Origin: a virus
Lineage: Duplodnaviria; Caudoviricetes
IMG/VR virus record: IMGVR_UViG_3300043812_000016
Span: 1 to 64,000 of that record
DNA length: 64,000 nucleotides
Strand: one strand, 5' to 3'
The translations under genes and the position numbers were made by a program. This document shows positions 19,133-29,416 of the stretch, piece by piece. The stretch's first letter is position 1. Every line of letters begins with the position of its first letter. The notes below the pieces were generated by a model that saw only the letters and a list, made by a program, of their open reading frames with translations, did not search any database and was not told where the DNA came from.

Positions 19133-21226
19133 TTATTTATTCTCGTCTAACTTATTAATTAAATCAGTAAAGGTATCAACAGTAACATTAGCTGGAGATA
19201 AGTCTACTACCTTGTAGCCCTGTTCTGTGTAACGTGGTAATAAATCTTTATCAACAACTAAATTACCACCAAAAAGATTATTTAAGAACGGAATATTTTC
19301 AGTATAATCACTAAGGTAGCTTAACAACTGCTTATTTTGATCTTGGTCTGGAACGTGTATCTTTCCAAAATTAAAATTAGTAATTACAAAGCTAAATTTT
19401 CCGTCCCCCCGAGGAATAATCACCCCAAGAGTCATAGTACTTGGGTTCTTGAAGGATAACTTATTAATATTAAAAGCGTCTTTGGAGATAGTTTTAACAT
19501 AAACCTCAGGCGTTGAGTTTAAATCTGAACTAAGCTTTCCTTGATTAAAACGAGTTACAAATAGGTCAAAGTTAAAGTCCTTGTAGCCCCCATCAACATA
19601 GTATGGAGATACAGATAGTAAGACTGGTTTATCTAAGTCCTTAGAAAGGGACATAATTTCACTAGCATTTCCACTATCATCTAAACTTGTCATATCACCA
19701 GAATAGACAACCTTACTATCATCGTCCAACCAATCAGTGTTCCAACCAAAGGTATCACCGTCTAAAGTGACAGCGTGTAAGTCGAGGTCTGCTTGCTTGT
19801 CCCAGTGGATACCTACACCCAAACGTTCGTCACCTGTTAATTGAAAATCAAAGCTAGTGTAATCTGGAATATTACCAGTAAACTGCTTACCAGAGGTAGG
19901 AATACTATAATATAGTCCACCCGGAATATAGTAAACAGTTTTATTATCGTTATCAGCAAAAGCATTTTGTCCTCGCCGGAAAAGCTCATCTACAATCTTA
20001 GAAACTAAATCCTTAATCACTTTATTATCAGCAACATTCTTAAAGGAAATAAATGAGCTAAAAATAACATCGAGGTCTTCCTTACCAGATACATAATAAG
20101 ACTTACCATTACGGATTCGATATAGTGATCCGTTCTTATCTTTCTTATCTAAATTAACTAGATAAGTATAGATACGAGCTAATTTATAGGTACTAGCATT
20201 GAACAAGGCATCTAAAATCTGCTTATCAGTAAAGGATACTTCGCCTTTAATATATTCTGGCAACTGATCTAAAATACCTTTTTGGCGATAATTTTTCTTA
20301 GTATTCTTACCTCGGCGCATGATACGGTTGTAGAAACGTCTTTCCTCTCTTGAAGGGGCATTCTTGCGTAAGATTAAGAACATCTTGTGGTAACGATTAA
20401 CCAATGATCTTAGTGAAGACGTTGAAGGATTACTGTCATATTCGTGCATTAATGAATAAACAAAGTCATTAGTAGAATTAGAATCAAGGAGCATACCATT
20501 AAATTTAATGTAAGTTTGTTCATTCTTTACCAGCATTGTATCACCAGTAACTAAACTGTATATGTAATTCATAAACATATCTGGATTTACTGGATAAAGT
20601 CCTAATTCCTTGCTAAGCTTCATCATAGCTTCACGGTTCTTAACTTTATTAATTTCAATTTTTAGATTCAGTTTACTAATTAAGTAAATTAAATCCTCAA
20701 CAGCTTTGGAGTCTAAAGCCATACCACTGTAAAGTAAAGACTGAACCTTTTGATTTAATTCTTCAGTTGTAAAAGCAGAAATGACTGTAAAGTTTTGTTG
20801 TAAGTCTAATTTAATACTATCGTCTAATTGCCGATTAGGACCAAACTGAACAGTTTCGTGACTAGTTACATTAACTCCACCATATGTTTGCAAGTAATTA
20901 AGAGCTTGCATATACATTCGCATATACGTAGGAGTATTAATGTTTTGGTCTAAGGTCTGGAAAAAGGTTGAATTAACAGTACTGTTACTAATTCCATAAT
21001 ATCTTAATGCTGTAAGGCTAATATTGTTTAATATCTTTATGGAAATAGATTTTAAAATTTCGGCATCAAACATAACCCCGTCAATCATAGCATTCCTAGC
21101 CATAGTTTGAACTTCTGTAGCAGAACGAGAAACCTTATCTCCCTGAATATCCATATCTACTCCCTTAAATAAGCGAATAGTAATATTATTAATTGAATTT
21201 AACGTATTATATGAAAAGTTTTTCAT
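19133..21226 (-). CDS. large phage protein with C-terminal TerD-like (DLDLH / YSGD) domain
   Basis: GIHW..ADLDLHA..GWN..VVYSGDMT motifs; ATG 21226 has RBS aagaaaggaag. Confidence 0.65.
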   Translation of the reverse strand: MKNFSYNTLNSINNITIRLFKGVDMDIQGDKVSRSATEVQTMARNAMIDGVMFDAEILKSISIKILNNISLTALRYYGISNSTVNSTFFQTLDQNINTPTYMRMYMQALNYLQTYGGVNVTSHETVQFGPNRQLDDSIKLDLQQNFTVISAFTTEELNQKVQSLLYSGMALDSKAVEDLIYLISKLNLKIEINKVKNREAMMKLSKELGLYPVNPDMFMNYIYSLVTGDTMLVKNEQTYIKFNGMLLDSNSTNDFVYSLMHEYDSNPSTSSLRSLVNRYHKMFLILRKNAPSREERRFYNRIMRRGKNTKKNYRQKGILDQLPEYIKGEVSFTDKQILDALFNASTYKLARIYTYLVNLDKKDKNGSLYRIRNGKSYYVSGKEDLDVIFSSFISFKNVADNKVIKDLVSKIVDELFRRGQNAFADNDNKTVYYIPGGLYYSIPTSGKQFTGNIPDYTSFDFQLTGDERLGVGIHWDKQADLDLHAVTLDGDTFGWNTDWLDDDSKVVYSGDMTSLDDSGNASEIMSLSKDLDKPVLLSVSPYYVDGGYKDFNFDLFVTRFNQGKLSSDLNSTPEVYVKTISKDAFNINKLSFKNPSTMTLGVIIPRGDGKFSFVITNFNFGKIHVPDQDQNKQLLSYLSDYTENIPFLNNLFGGNLVVDKDLLPRYTEQGYKVVDLSPANVTVDTFTDLINKLDENK

Positions 21227-21500
21227 TATTATACTTCCTTTCTTGTATGTAAAAAGTTCCCTACAACGGGCTGTGCACGCTATGTACCCGCTATAAGGAA
21301 CTTTCATTAATCGCTAACAGTAAACTGTAGTTTGATTTCGAGTCAAATTTAAATAGGAACTGTTTTATGCGATTAGCTGTAATTTCTAGCTGGACGTAAG
21401 ATAATCCCATATTAAACTTGTAATAAAATAGGAACGCCTTTATGCTAGGTACAACTTGTTAAAATCAGATTCGTTAACATATCTGTCAACAGTTATTATA

Positions 21501-21625
21501 GTGAACTACTCGGTCATGAATGACTAAGTTTCTGGGAACACAAGGTAGTATTTAGGATCTTACATCAGTATTCTGAATACCTAACTTACAGAACTTTGCT
21601 ATCTTACCACGGCTAGTCCCTAACC
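21501..21625 (-). ncRNA. stand-alone IS200/IS605 right-end / omega-RNA-like scaffold with its own promoter
   Basis: closely similar to 52652-52746; ends GTTCAC after hairpin; TTGACA(21662)-17-TATACT(21639) directly upstream. Confidence 0.6.
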
Positions 21626-21648
21626 ATAAGTATAGTATATAACATACA

Positions 21649-24600
21649 TTATTTATTGTCAACCTTTTTAAAATATTTATTTCTAATTTCCTCTAATTGC
21701 CGATCTCGTTGTTTAACAATCTCAGCTTTCTTATCGTTATCCTCTTCATTACTCAAATCAGTATTAGCCTTATCCTCAATGTACTTACATTCCATACTAA
21801 ATTGATAATACCTATCAATCCCCATAGCTTTGTAATCATCAAAGTCAAAGTCAAGATCATCACCATAAGTCTTGCCAAAAGCAATTTCACCAAACAATGG
21901 AAAACGGAATTGAGTATCATTAATCTTATACTTATCAGCAATTTTCAAAGTAGGGAAATCATTTATGTTAAGAATAAAATTTTGGATAGGTAAATGTTCC
22001 ATAATCTTCTTCGCCATTGCTGGGACAATATTAATTTCATCTGGGTGTACGTCTAATACGATCGAGTCATGCACCGTAATAGCAATACGAGACTTTAACC
22101 CATATTTACGTAACGTATTGCGAATGATAATTAGAGCAGTATTAGTACAATACGAACCACTTCCCTGAATCACTGCGTTAAAGGACTGACGTATAGCACG
22201 AGATTTTTTACCGTAGTCTAAATTTTGAGTAGCTTCAGGCAATCGTCTTACGTGTCCTGCAATCGTTTCTACATACCCCCGTTGTTCTACAAAATCTTCG
22301 GTAACTTCAATTGCCTTTTGCATTTGTGGCATAGCACTTAACACTTTATCATAAACTTGTTGAGCTTCTTCCAATGTCAATCCACGAGAATCTGAAAGTC
22401 CTTGTGGAGACTCGCCATATAGGAGTCCGAATGAAACCGCTTTAGCAAGGTATCTATGTTCGGAATCTACCTCATCAACAGGGATGTTAAAAGCTAAACT
22501 AGCATTACGTTTATGTATATCTGCACCATCCATTAAAGCCTGCATCATACCAATATCTTTAGAAACCAAAGATGATATAAAGATTTCTAGTGACTTATAA
22601 TCAATATTAAAAATATATCCACCCTTAAATCTTGACTTAAATAGTCCTTTAGCTGAATAGTTATAATTAGGATCATAAACGTCACTTGTAGGCTTTTTAA
22701 TATTCTGGGCATTAAAATTACTACTAGAGAGCCTAGAAGTTGAGGTTCCAGATGGGTGAAAAGTAGGATGTGACTTTCCTGTAGCATCAGCCAGCTTACT
22801 ATACCCCTCAATAGTAGAACTAATCATTTTCTTATCATTAGAATATGTTAGTAATAAATCTACTAAAGGAGCATGATAAGTCTTTTTAATATAAGGCAAA
22901 GCAGAATTACGATCAGTCTTATAATCTTTCCATGTAAGTTTTTCTGGGTGGCTTAACTTACGAGACTGAACAGCTTTTGGCTTTAAGTACTCTTTATCAG
23001 CAGGTAGCTTATAACCTAACATATGGTATAAAACATAGCCAATCTTTTCACTAGATCCAGGGTTAAACTTGTATTTAGGAATACCATTAGTATCTTCACC
23101 ACGTAGCTTACCATATTCCTTAAATTTCTCTTTCTGCTCTGGTGTCCGATCAGCAGGCTTGATAGCTTTAATCTGTTCCCGTTCTTGTAAAAGAGCTAGG
23201 TTATGATTTTCGTATTCTTGGATTTCGGGAGAAACCTCATACATCTTTTTAGTAACTTCTTCAATATCAGTAGTGAAGTGTTCTCTGTATTTCTCCATTT
23301 TATCCATATCCATTTGAAAACCAGTATGTTGCATATAAGCTAAAGTATCGCATAGTTGTGGGAAGAATTCATAGCAGAACTTAACCCACTTAGGACGAGA
23401 CTTAACCTTTTTATCAAAAATGTGATAAAGTTGGAGGGTAACATCAGTATCAGCAGAAGCGTACTTATAAATAGTTTCCATAGGCAACCACTCGAAATCT
23501 ACCTTACCACCGTCTACTTGGTTAGTAGGAGCTGTATACTGTGTCTTACTTGGCTTACGACTACGTTCGCCTTTTTCATACTTTTCCATTTCAGTAGAAT
23601 ACCAACGGTCATAATCATTCTTTAAGTATTGTTCAATAGCTTGGTCACGTTCGTCTTCATAACCGCCCATATCAGTATACTTATAAGCTAAGTGCTTTAA
23701 CCCACGTTGAGCGCCTTGGTTCTCATCCACTGTTTCATAATACATAAGCATAGTATCAACACAATTAGTAGCATACTCTAACCCGTAAATATCCATCATC
23801 ATATGAATATCATAGATACAATTATGTAATACTTTACGTTGCTCTTTCATCATTAATTCTTTAATCATATTAATGATATTATCGAACTGTTCTTTAGTCC
23901 ACAAATTAGGACTAAGACGATGATTAAGCGGAATCGAAACACCTTGATGTTCTTCCCAACTCATACTTACCATAATAGCTTTAGCACCTTTACGATAAGT
24001 TTCAAGAGTATTAGTTTCAAAGTCCAGTGCAATGATTGGGTACTTAGGTAAAACTTCATTGAAAATACGTTCTACCTCGTGATAATTAGTAACTAAACGA
24101 TACTTACCAAACTGAGGTTTAGTGTTCTCAATTCCACCTTTTAAAAACCGATTAACCATTCGATTACTAATAATCATCTTATCTCGTTCATAACTACCCA
24201 AGAAGAATTGTTGTTTAAGTGACGGGTTAAATACTAGGTAAGTAGTAAAGTCACTCTGGGGTAGCTTAAACGGAATTAATTCAAACATATCTTTAGGAAG
24301 TTTATATAAAGAAGTTAATTCATTCTTAAACCAACTTCCATAAGAAACAACAATATCGGGTTTAGTATCTAAGATATACTGCACCATCTCATCACGTTTC
24401 TTATGCAAGATACTAGCAGATGGCTTAACAACTGCATTAGTATACTTATTACGAGGGGGTACTTTATCAGTATAAAGAAACTTCAAGTCTACTGTTGTAT
24501 CTTTCGTATCTAAACCTGTTTTTGGGTGACCAATAACTTTATTAGAAAGAATTGAACCTACGACACTATGTAAAAAGTTTCCTTCGGCTTTCTTATTAAC

Positions 24601-24654
24601 CACTTTAAACATATCAGCGTCATAATGATCCAATACTACTAACATTCTTTTCAT
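21649..24654 (-). CDS. family A DNA polymerase (SPO1-like; 3'-5' exonuclease, possible degenerate UDG-like N-domain)
   Basis: ExoI DFET, ExoII HNCIYD, ExoIII YASAD, motif A DYKSLE, motif B RYLAKAVSFGLLYG, motif C VHDS. Confidence 0.95.
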   Translation of the reverse strand: MKRMLVVLDHYDADMFKVVNKKAEGNFLHSVVGSILSNKVIGHPKTGLDTKDTTVDLKFLYTDKVPPRNKYTNAVVKPSASILHKKRDEMVQYILDTKPDIVVSYGSWFKNELTSLYKLPKDMFELIPFKLPQSDFTTYLVFNPSLKQQFFLGSYERDKMIISNRMVNRFLKGGIENTKPQFGKYRLVTNYHEVERIFNEVLPKYPIIALDFETNTLETYRKGAKAIMVSMSWEEHQGVSIPLNHRLSPNLWTKEQFDNIINMIKELMMKEQRKVLHNCIYDIHMMMDIYGLEYATNCVDTMLMYYETVDENQGAQRGLKHLAYKYTDMGGYEDERDQAIEQYLKNDYDRWYSTEMEKYEKGERSRKPSKTQYTAPTNQVDGGKVDFEWLPMETIYKYASADTDVTLQLYHIFDKKVKSRPKWVKFCYEFFPQLCDTLAYMQHTGFQMDMDKMEKYREHFTTDIEEVTKKMYEVSPEIQEYENHNLALLQEREQIKAIKPADRTPEQKEKFKEYGKLRGEDTNGIPKYKFNPGSSEKIGYVLYHMLGYKLPADKEYLKPKAVQSRKLSHPEKLTWKDYKTDRNSALPYIKKTYHAPLVDLLLTYSNDKKMISSTIEGYSKLADATGKSHPTFHPSGTSTSRLSSSNFNAQNIKKPTSDVYDPNYNYSAKGLFKSRFKGGYIFNIDYKSLEIFISSLVSKDIGMMQALMDGADIHKRNASLAFNIPVDEVDSEHRYLAKAVSFGLLYGESPQGLSDSRGLTLEEAQQVYDKVLSAMPQMQKAIEVTEDFVEQRGYVETIAGHVRRLPEATQNLDYGKKSRAIRQSFNAVIQGSGSYCTNTALIIIRNTLRKYGLKSRIAITVHDSIVLDVHPDEINIVPAMAKKIMEHLPIQNFILNINDFPTLKIADKYKINDTQFRFPLFGEIAFGKTYGDDLDFDFDDYKAMGIDRYYQFSMECKYIEDKANTDLSNEEDNDKKAEIVKQRDRQLEEIRNKYFKKVDNK

Positions 24655-24660
24655 ATAGCT

Positions 24661-25185
24661 TTATCCTTCCTTGATCTTGGACTCCGCTTCTTTCAATAAG
24701 GACTTACCACTCTCAACAATAGAAGTAATAGTTTCATAAGCCTTACAAAACTCATCCCAAGATTTATTTGTATAACGATAATTAGAATAGGGGTTAATCA
24801 TTCGTTGGTTAGCGTCATAAGCCTGCTGTATTGACTCTTGAAGCTTAACAGCTAATGATACCTTTTTCTTATTCATATAATCGTTTAGTGCTTCTTTAAT
24901 TACAGTTTGTATTTCTGGGTTCGTTGGCGCAGATGAAATATCGATCTCATTTTCGTTCTGTGAATAAACAGTCACTACTGTATGCTGTTTTGGATCAATT
25001 ACCACAATAATATCATTTAAACGATAACGCATTCGCTTATTGTCTTGTGTCTCTAAATAAGTACACTGAGATAACAAACGGGCTAACCACTCGTCAAATT
25101 CTTTATTAGTGATATTAAAACGGGTTAAAATCCTTTTCTTAGCGTGTTCAGTAACTGTATATTGCTCATAATTTTTTACTGCCAT
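24661..25185 (-). CDS. hypothetical protein with TEHAKKR (DUF4258-like) N-domain
   Basis: VTEHAKKRILTRF...IVVID...VVTVY. Confidence 0.6.
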   Translation of the reverse strand: MAVKNYEQYTVTEHAKKRILTRFNITNKEFDEWLARLLSQCTYLETQDNKRMRYRLNDIIVVIDPKQHTVVTVYSQNENEIDISSAPTNPEIQTVIKEALNDYMNKKKVSLAVKLQESIQQAYDANQRMINPYSNYRYTNKSWDEFCKAYETITSIVESGKSLLKEAESKIKEG

Positions 25186-25209
25186 TAACCAACCTAGAAC
25201 CTTTCAATA

Positions 25210-27027
25210 TTATTTAACTTCAAAACCTTCATCTTTATAGTATCTTACCCGATCTTGGGCGTGTTTAAACAGTGAATTTTGGGTTCTGTCAACAATATCA
25301 AAAATAAACACATCTCGTTTATCTGGCATCACCCGCAGTACACGACCAATCTTTTGGATAACAGATATATAAGACTTTAGAGCATCACAAAGAATTAATA
25401 CCTTTAAGTTAGGAATATCAATCCCTGCTTCAAAAATTTTAGTAGCAATTACAATTTTAAGCTTACCACTAACAATATCATCAATTGCCTTTTCTCGGGT
25501 AGCACTATCATCTTTACCCTGCAAGAATTGATATTCTGCACCTAATTTATCTAACTGTTCTCCAATCAATTCTCCATGCTCAATAGACGTAACCATAATT
25601 AATACTGCTTGCTTATCCAGCTTAGAAGAAGCTTTATAAGCTAATTCAGCAACAACACGATTACGGTACTCATTATGGACTACTCCTAAATCATATGCAA
25701 TCTGATAGGACAACAAATCAGCAGTAGGTAGTTGAGAATACCCCTTAGCCATCATCGTAGCTTGAATACGGGGTTCGAGGTCTGTAGGCTCATCAATAGG
25801 TACTAAACGAATATGAGGTCTAGCAGACACGCCCCGTTCAATCATCTGTTTATTAGTGACTTTTACTAAGTCTTTTCCAAACAACCCACGAATATGAGCC
25901 ATACTAATCTTCTTAGTCTTATCTAAAGTACCCGTTAGGCCTACTTTAACTCTTGCATTAGTTAAGTAATGAAATACCTTCCAGTAAGACTCTGCACCAG
26001 CACGATGAGCTTCATCACAAACTACTGCTCTAGTATTATTCAAGAGGTCAATAGCATCATAATACTTTTCGTAAGCATCTTCATTTAAGGAATAAAGTAA
26101 TTTCTTATAACGCTTTTGTACACCCTCAAAGTAATCTTTTACATCATCAGATGTTTGTAAATTCATATAAAGATTACGTAGTTCTTCAATATCATCTTGT
26201 TCATACTTATAATTAGGATGAAAATTCCTAGCTAATAATTCAAGATTAGATCGGGGATCACCAGACTCTAAAATAGCAGGTGCATAGCGCTCAGCAAAAC
26301 GACCTAGAAGCTTATCCTTCTTTCTAGTAGGTTTAGTCTTTGGCTCTTTAATTGCAGAAGCTAAAGTCTGAATAGTAGCACAAATAATAGGATGGCTAAT
26401 ATCCTTTTTACCATCACCCCAGATACCAACAATATCTTCTGATAAATAATGCTGATACTTAAGATAAATCTGATTCATAATACTCTTGTTAGGAGCAATA
26501 AAAAGTAAATGCTGTCCCTCATTGATCTTAGGTAATAAGTACTTAAACAGGGTGACAGCAGAGGCGGTCTTACCTGCATTAACAGCATTTAGAATAATTC
26601 CAGACTGCTCAATATTAACTTGTTGTACTGCTTCATATTGATAATCACGCAAAGTTAAATCTTTTTCTTTCCCATGACCATCTAAATTTACTTCACTAGG
26701 AAGTTCAAAATGTAAAGCAGATCCCCGTTTATCTACTACCTTAACTACAATCCCAGAAGACTGTTCAATACTTCTCATAAGTATCATTAATCTATCATAA
26801 AATCCTAATGGTACTAAATGATCTTTTTCTTCGCATAGATTTACTCTACCATCCCACACACGATCTCCGTTACTTTTTCTAAGGTTATAAGGACGTTTCC
26901 TAAACCTTTCGGGGTCTAACGGGTCAAAAGTAGTATGAATTTGACTCCAAACCCATTCAATTGTTTTATCATTCACATTTTCAAAAACTATCTTAATGAA
27001 AACGTTTCCTAATTCTAAAGTTATCAC
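25210..27027 (-). CDS. superfamily 2 (UvsW-like) DNA helicase
   Basis: LRDYQ, NAGKT, DEAH, LTGT, GIDIP, QKIGRVLR. Confidence 0.93.
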   Translation of the reverse strand: MITLELGNVFIKIVFENVNDKTIEWVWSQIHTTFDPLDPERFRKRPYNLRKSNGDRVWDGRVNLCEEKDHLVPLGFYDRLMILMRSIEQSSGIVVKVVDKRGSALHFELPSEVNLDGHGKEKDLTLRDYQYEAVQQVNIEQSGIILNAVNAGKTASAVTLFKYLLPKINEGQHLLFIAPNKSIMNQIYLKYQHYLSEDIVGIWGDGKKDISHPIICATIQTLASAIKEPKTKPTRKKDKLLGRFAERYAPAILESGDPRSNLELLARNFHPNYKYEQDDIEELRNLYMNLQTSDDVKDYFEGVQKRYKKLLYSLNEDAYEKYYDAIDLLNNTRAVVCDEAHRAGAESYWKVFHYLTNARVKVGLTGTLDKTKKISMAHIRGLFGKDLVKVTNKQMIERGVSARPHIRLVPIDEPTDLEPRIQATMMAKGYSQLPTADLLSYQIAYDLGVVHNEYRNRVVAELAYKASSKLDKQAVLIMVTSIEHGELIGEQLDKLGAEYQFLQGKDDSATREKAIDDIVSGKLKIVIATKIFEAGIDIPNLKVLILCDALKSYISVIQKIGRVLRVMPDKRDVFIFDIVDRTQNSLFKHAQDRVRYYKDEGFEVK

Positions 27028-28160
27028 TCTACTTCTTTTGCCTTTCTTAAGTAGTCTAATGCTTTATCTTTAACTTCGGGATAATTCAAATCACAATATT
27101 TAGATACTAATTCAGTATCAGTAGCATTAGCGTCTACGTCAATTGTAACACGTTGCTCTTGAGGCAAAAGGATTAATTGTACACGAGAAGCAATAGAATT
27201 ATTTTCTAATTCTTTAGCTAACTTTTCATAAGTATCTTTCGACTTACAACTAATCTTATAATAAGAATGATCGTCTACTTGCGTAGCTAAATCAAAATTA
27301 TCGTCTGTATCTAAATTAATTTGATTAAAAGTAGGAATATTATAGGTACTTTGTGTTAAATCAATAAACTTATGCTCTCCCGTATCTAAGTCAATCTCGT
27401 CAAATCCACGAGGTACACCTAAACCATCACTACCAATATCATTAAAGTTAAGAGCAGTTAAGTCACCAATATAATAAGCGTCTTTAGTACCCTCTTTTTT
27501 AAGGCTCTGACGAGTATGATAATGCGAAAGAGAAATTGACTTTACATTAGGTGCGTTCCAACCTAGATCATCGAGATTAAACGCTCCACCTAAACGATGA
27601 TTCCAACGTCCTTGGGTAGCTCCAGTTACGCCTAAATGAGCAAACACATTAACAGCCCCATTAAAAGGATGTTTATATAAATAATCCTTAACCGCTTCTT
27701 TAGTTCCTTTAATATCCTCGTCATAGGGAATAAAAAATAATTCAGTATTGTTATCTACTTGAATAGGAGTGACTGCATTAATCACTTTAATCTTATGAGT
27801 ATCAGTAGAATACAACTCAAAGTCCTCTAAACTATTAGGAGTAACACTACGAGTATACTGATCATGGTTACCAGAGTTTAGGTATAGCGTAGCCTTATTA
27901 ACATTAGTTAAATTTCTGAAACTAGTAATAAAGTGTTTACGGATATGAGCTAATGTAGTTGGATTATCACTTTGTCGTGAGTCAAACAAATCTCCATTAA
28001 TGATATATGTATTAATATTATTTTCCTTACCATAAGCAAAGAAATCATCTAATGCTTTTAAGATATAGGATAAACGAGACCCTATTGCTGGATCATCTGT
28101 CGGCTCATTAAACATTCCATAATTAGTTAAATGAACGTCTCCACATACTAGTACTCTCAT
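27024..28160 (-). CDS. SbcD/Mre11-like metallophosphoesterase recombination exonuclease
   Basis: GDVH, NGDLFD, GNHD, SHYH motifs. Confidence 0.9.
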   Translation of the reverse strand: MRVLVCGDVHLTNYGMFNEPTDDPAIGSRLSYILKALDDFFAYGKENNINTYIINGDLFDSRQSDNPTTLAHIRKHFITSFRNLTNVNKATLYLNSGNHDQYTRSVTPNSLEDFELYSTDTHKIKVINAVTPIQVDNNTELFFIPYDEDIKGTKEAVKDYLYKHPFNGAVNVFAHLGVTGATQGRWNHRLGGAFNLDDLGWNAPNVKSISLSHYHTRQSLKKEGTKDAYYIGDLTALNFNDIGSDGLGVPRGFDEIDLDTGEHKFIDLTQSTYNIPTFNQINLDTDDNFDLATQVDDHSYYKISCKSKDTYEKLAKELENNSIASRVQLILLPQEQRVTIDVDANATDTELVSKYCDLNYPEVKDKALDYLRKAKEVE

Positions 28161-29104
28161 TCGTCTGGAAGCTCCTTCATACTATTAAACTTGGCAAATC
28201 TTAACAACTTCTTTTCTAACCATAATTGACCAGCCCGAGAAAGCTTAGGTACTCTACCTTTAGGCGCACTACCATCAACAAAGTAATGACGATACTTTGC
28301 ATTATTAATAGGCTGATTATAAGTAGGTCTCATAGACCTACTCCCTAATTGCTTACTATCCTTTAAAATTTTGATAACTTCTTCTTCTGTATAGAGTAGA
28401 TTATAAATAGCATTAAAAGACTGTAAGAAATCTCCGATGGTCATTGATTTATCGTCTTTTAGACTTTTATCTGTTTCTTTACTGAGGTCAACCGTGACTC
28501 GCTTTGTAGGTTGAGTAGAAACAGGAGCATAATTATTAATAGACGATAAAGCTTGGTTTTCTTGGTAAAGTCGAATTAACTCTTGATCATTAGCAGACAA
28601 ATGAGGAGTATTAGCCAAAGACTTATCTAGTTTCTCTTCGATAATTTGTTGATGTTCTTTTAATTCCTCAATACTTGCTAAAACTTTAGTTAGATCAACA
28701 TTAACTTTTTCAGATTGTTCTTTTTTAGGACTCCGTTTAACAAGTTTATCTGTTTTACAGTCAATATGTACATGATCCGTCTTGTTAATTTTCGGAATAA
28801 CCACATCAAAGATAAAATCAATGAATTCCATTGGGCCGGAATTAATACAGTATTCAGTTAAAGCATTTAATTCTACTAAGTAACATGACTTACCTAAATA
28901 GATTTTATATAAACTTGGTAAATCGTCTTTATGAATAGATGTCTTTAAGACTAATCGACAATCCAACGTAAAATTATTATTCATTGATTTTTGATAGTTA
29001 ACCTCGTCAAATACCGAAGAAGCTAATAATTTCCAATCTACCCAGTACTTACCATTATAGTTAACTACATATACGTATGTATCGTGATAATTAAATTCAA
29101 ACAT
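28157..29104 (-). CDS. antirepressor-like protein (Bro-N/KilAC-like)
   Basis: coiled-coil centre, C-terminal PKLSRAGQLWL resembling KilAC. Confidence 0.5.
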   Translation of the reverse strand: MFEFNYHDTYVYVVNYNGKYWVDWKLLASSVFDEVNYQKSMNNNFTLDCRLVLKTSIHKDDLPSLYKIYLGKSCYLVELNALTEYCINSGPMEFIDFIFDVVIPKINKTDHVHIDCKTDKLVKRSPKKEQSEKVNVDLTKVLASIEELKEHQQIIEEKLDKSLANTPHLSANDQELIRLYQENQALSSINNYAPVSTQPTKRVTVDLSKETDKSLKDDKSMTIGDFLQSFNAIYNLLYTEEEVIKILKDSKQLGSRSMRPTYNQPINNAKYRHYFVDGSAPKGRVPKLSRAGQLWLEKKLLRFAKFNSMKELPDE

Positions 29105-29116
29105 AAACTTCCTATC

Positions 29117-29332
29117 CTATTCTTTTGTATAAATTTCGTCTAGCGTTAAGTGCAACACCCTACATAAAGTAGGTAACTCGTCCACCTTAAAAGAACGTTT
29201 ACCCTGCTCCTTTAAAGCATATACACTTCGATGGCTTAGATTTAAGCTATCCGCTAAGTCTTGCAATGTAAGGTGTTGTTTAGTTCTTGCAGTTTTAATT
29301 TTTTTTAGATCTATCTTTTTAATAATTAACAC
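29117..29332 (-). CDS. XRE-family HTH regulator
   Basis: LTLQDLADSL...YALKEQGKR. Confidence 0.85.
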   Translation of the reverse strand: MLIIKKIDLKKIKTARTKQHLTLQDLADSLNLSHRSVYALKEQGKRSFKVDELPTLCRVLHLTLDEIYTKE

Positions 29333-29416
29333 CTCCCTTCAACAATATTAATGTTATCACAACGATTACTTTTAGTCAAGAGAAAAAGGATAAGTTTTTA
29401 CACTTATCCTTATTTA

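Noticed and set aside
19133-21307. ORF start at 21307
   Set aside because: No RBS and lies within the repeated leader/hairpin; ATG 21226 has the phage's standard RBS.
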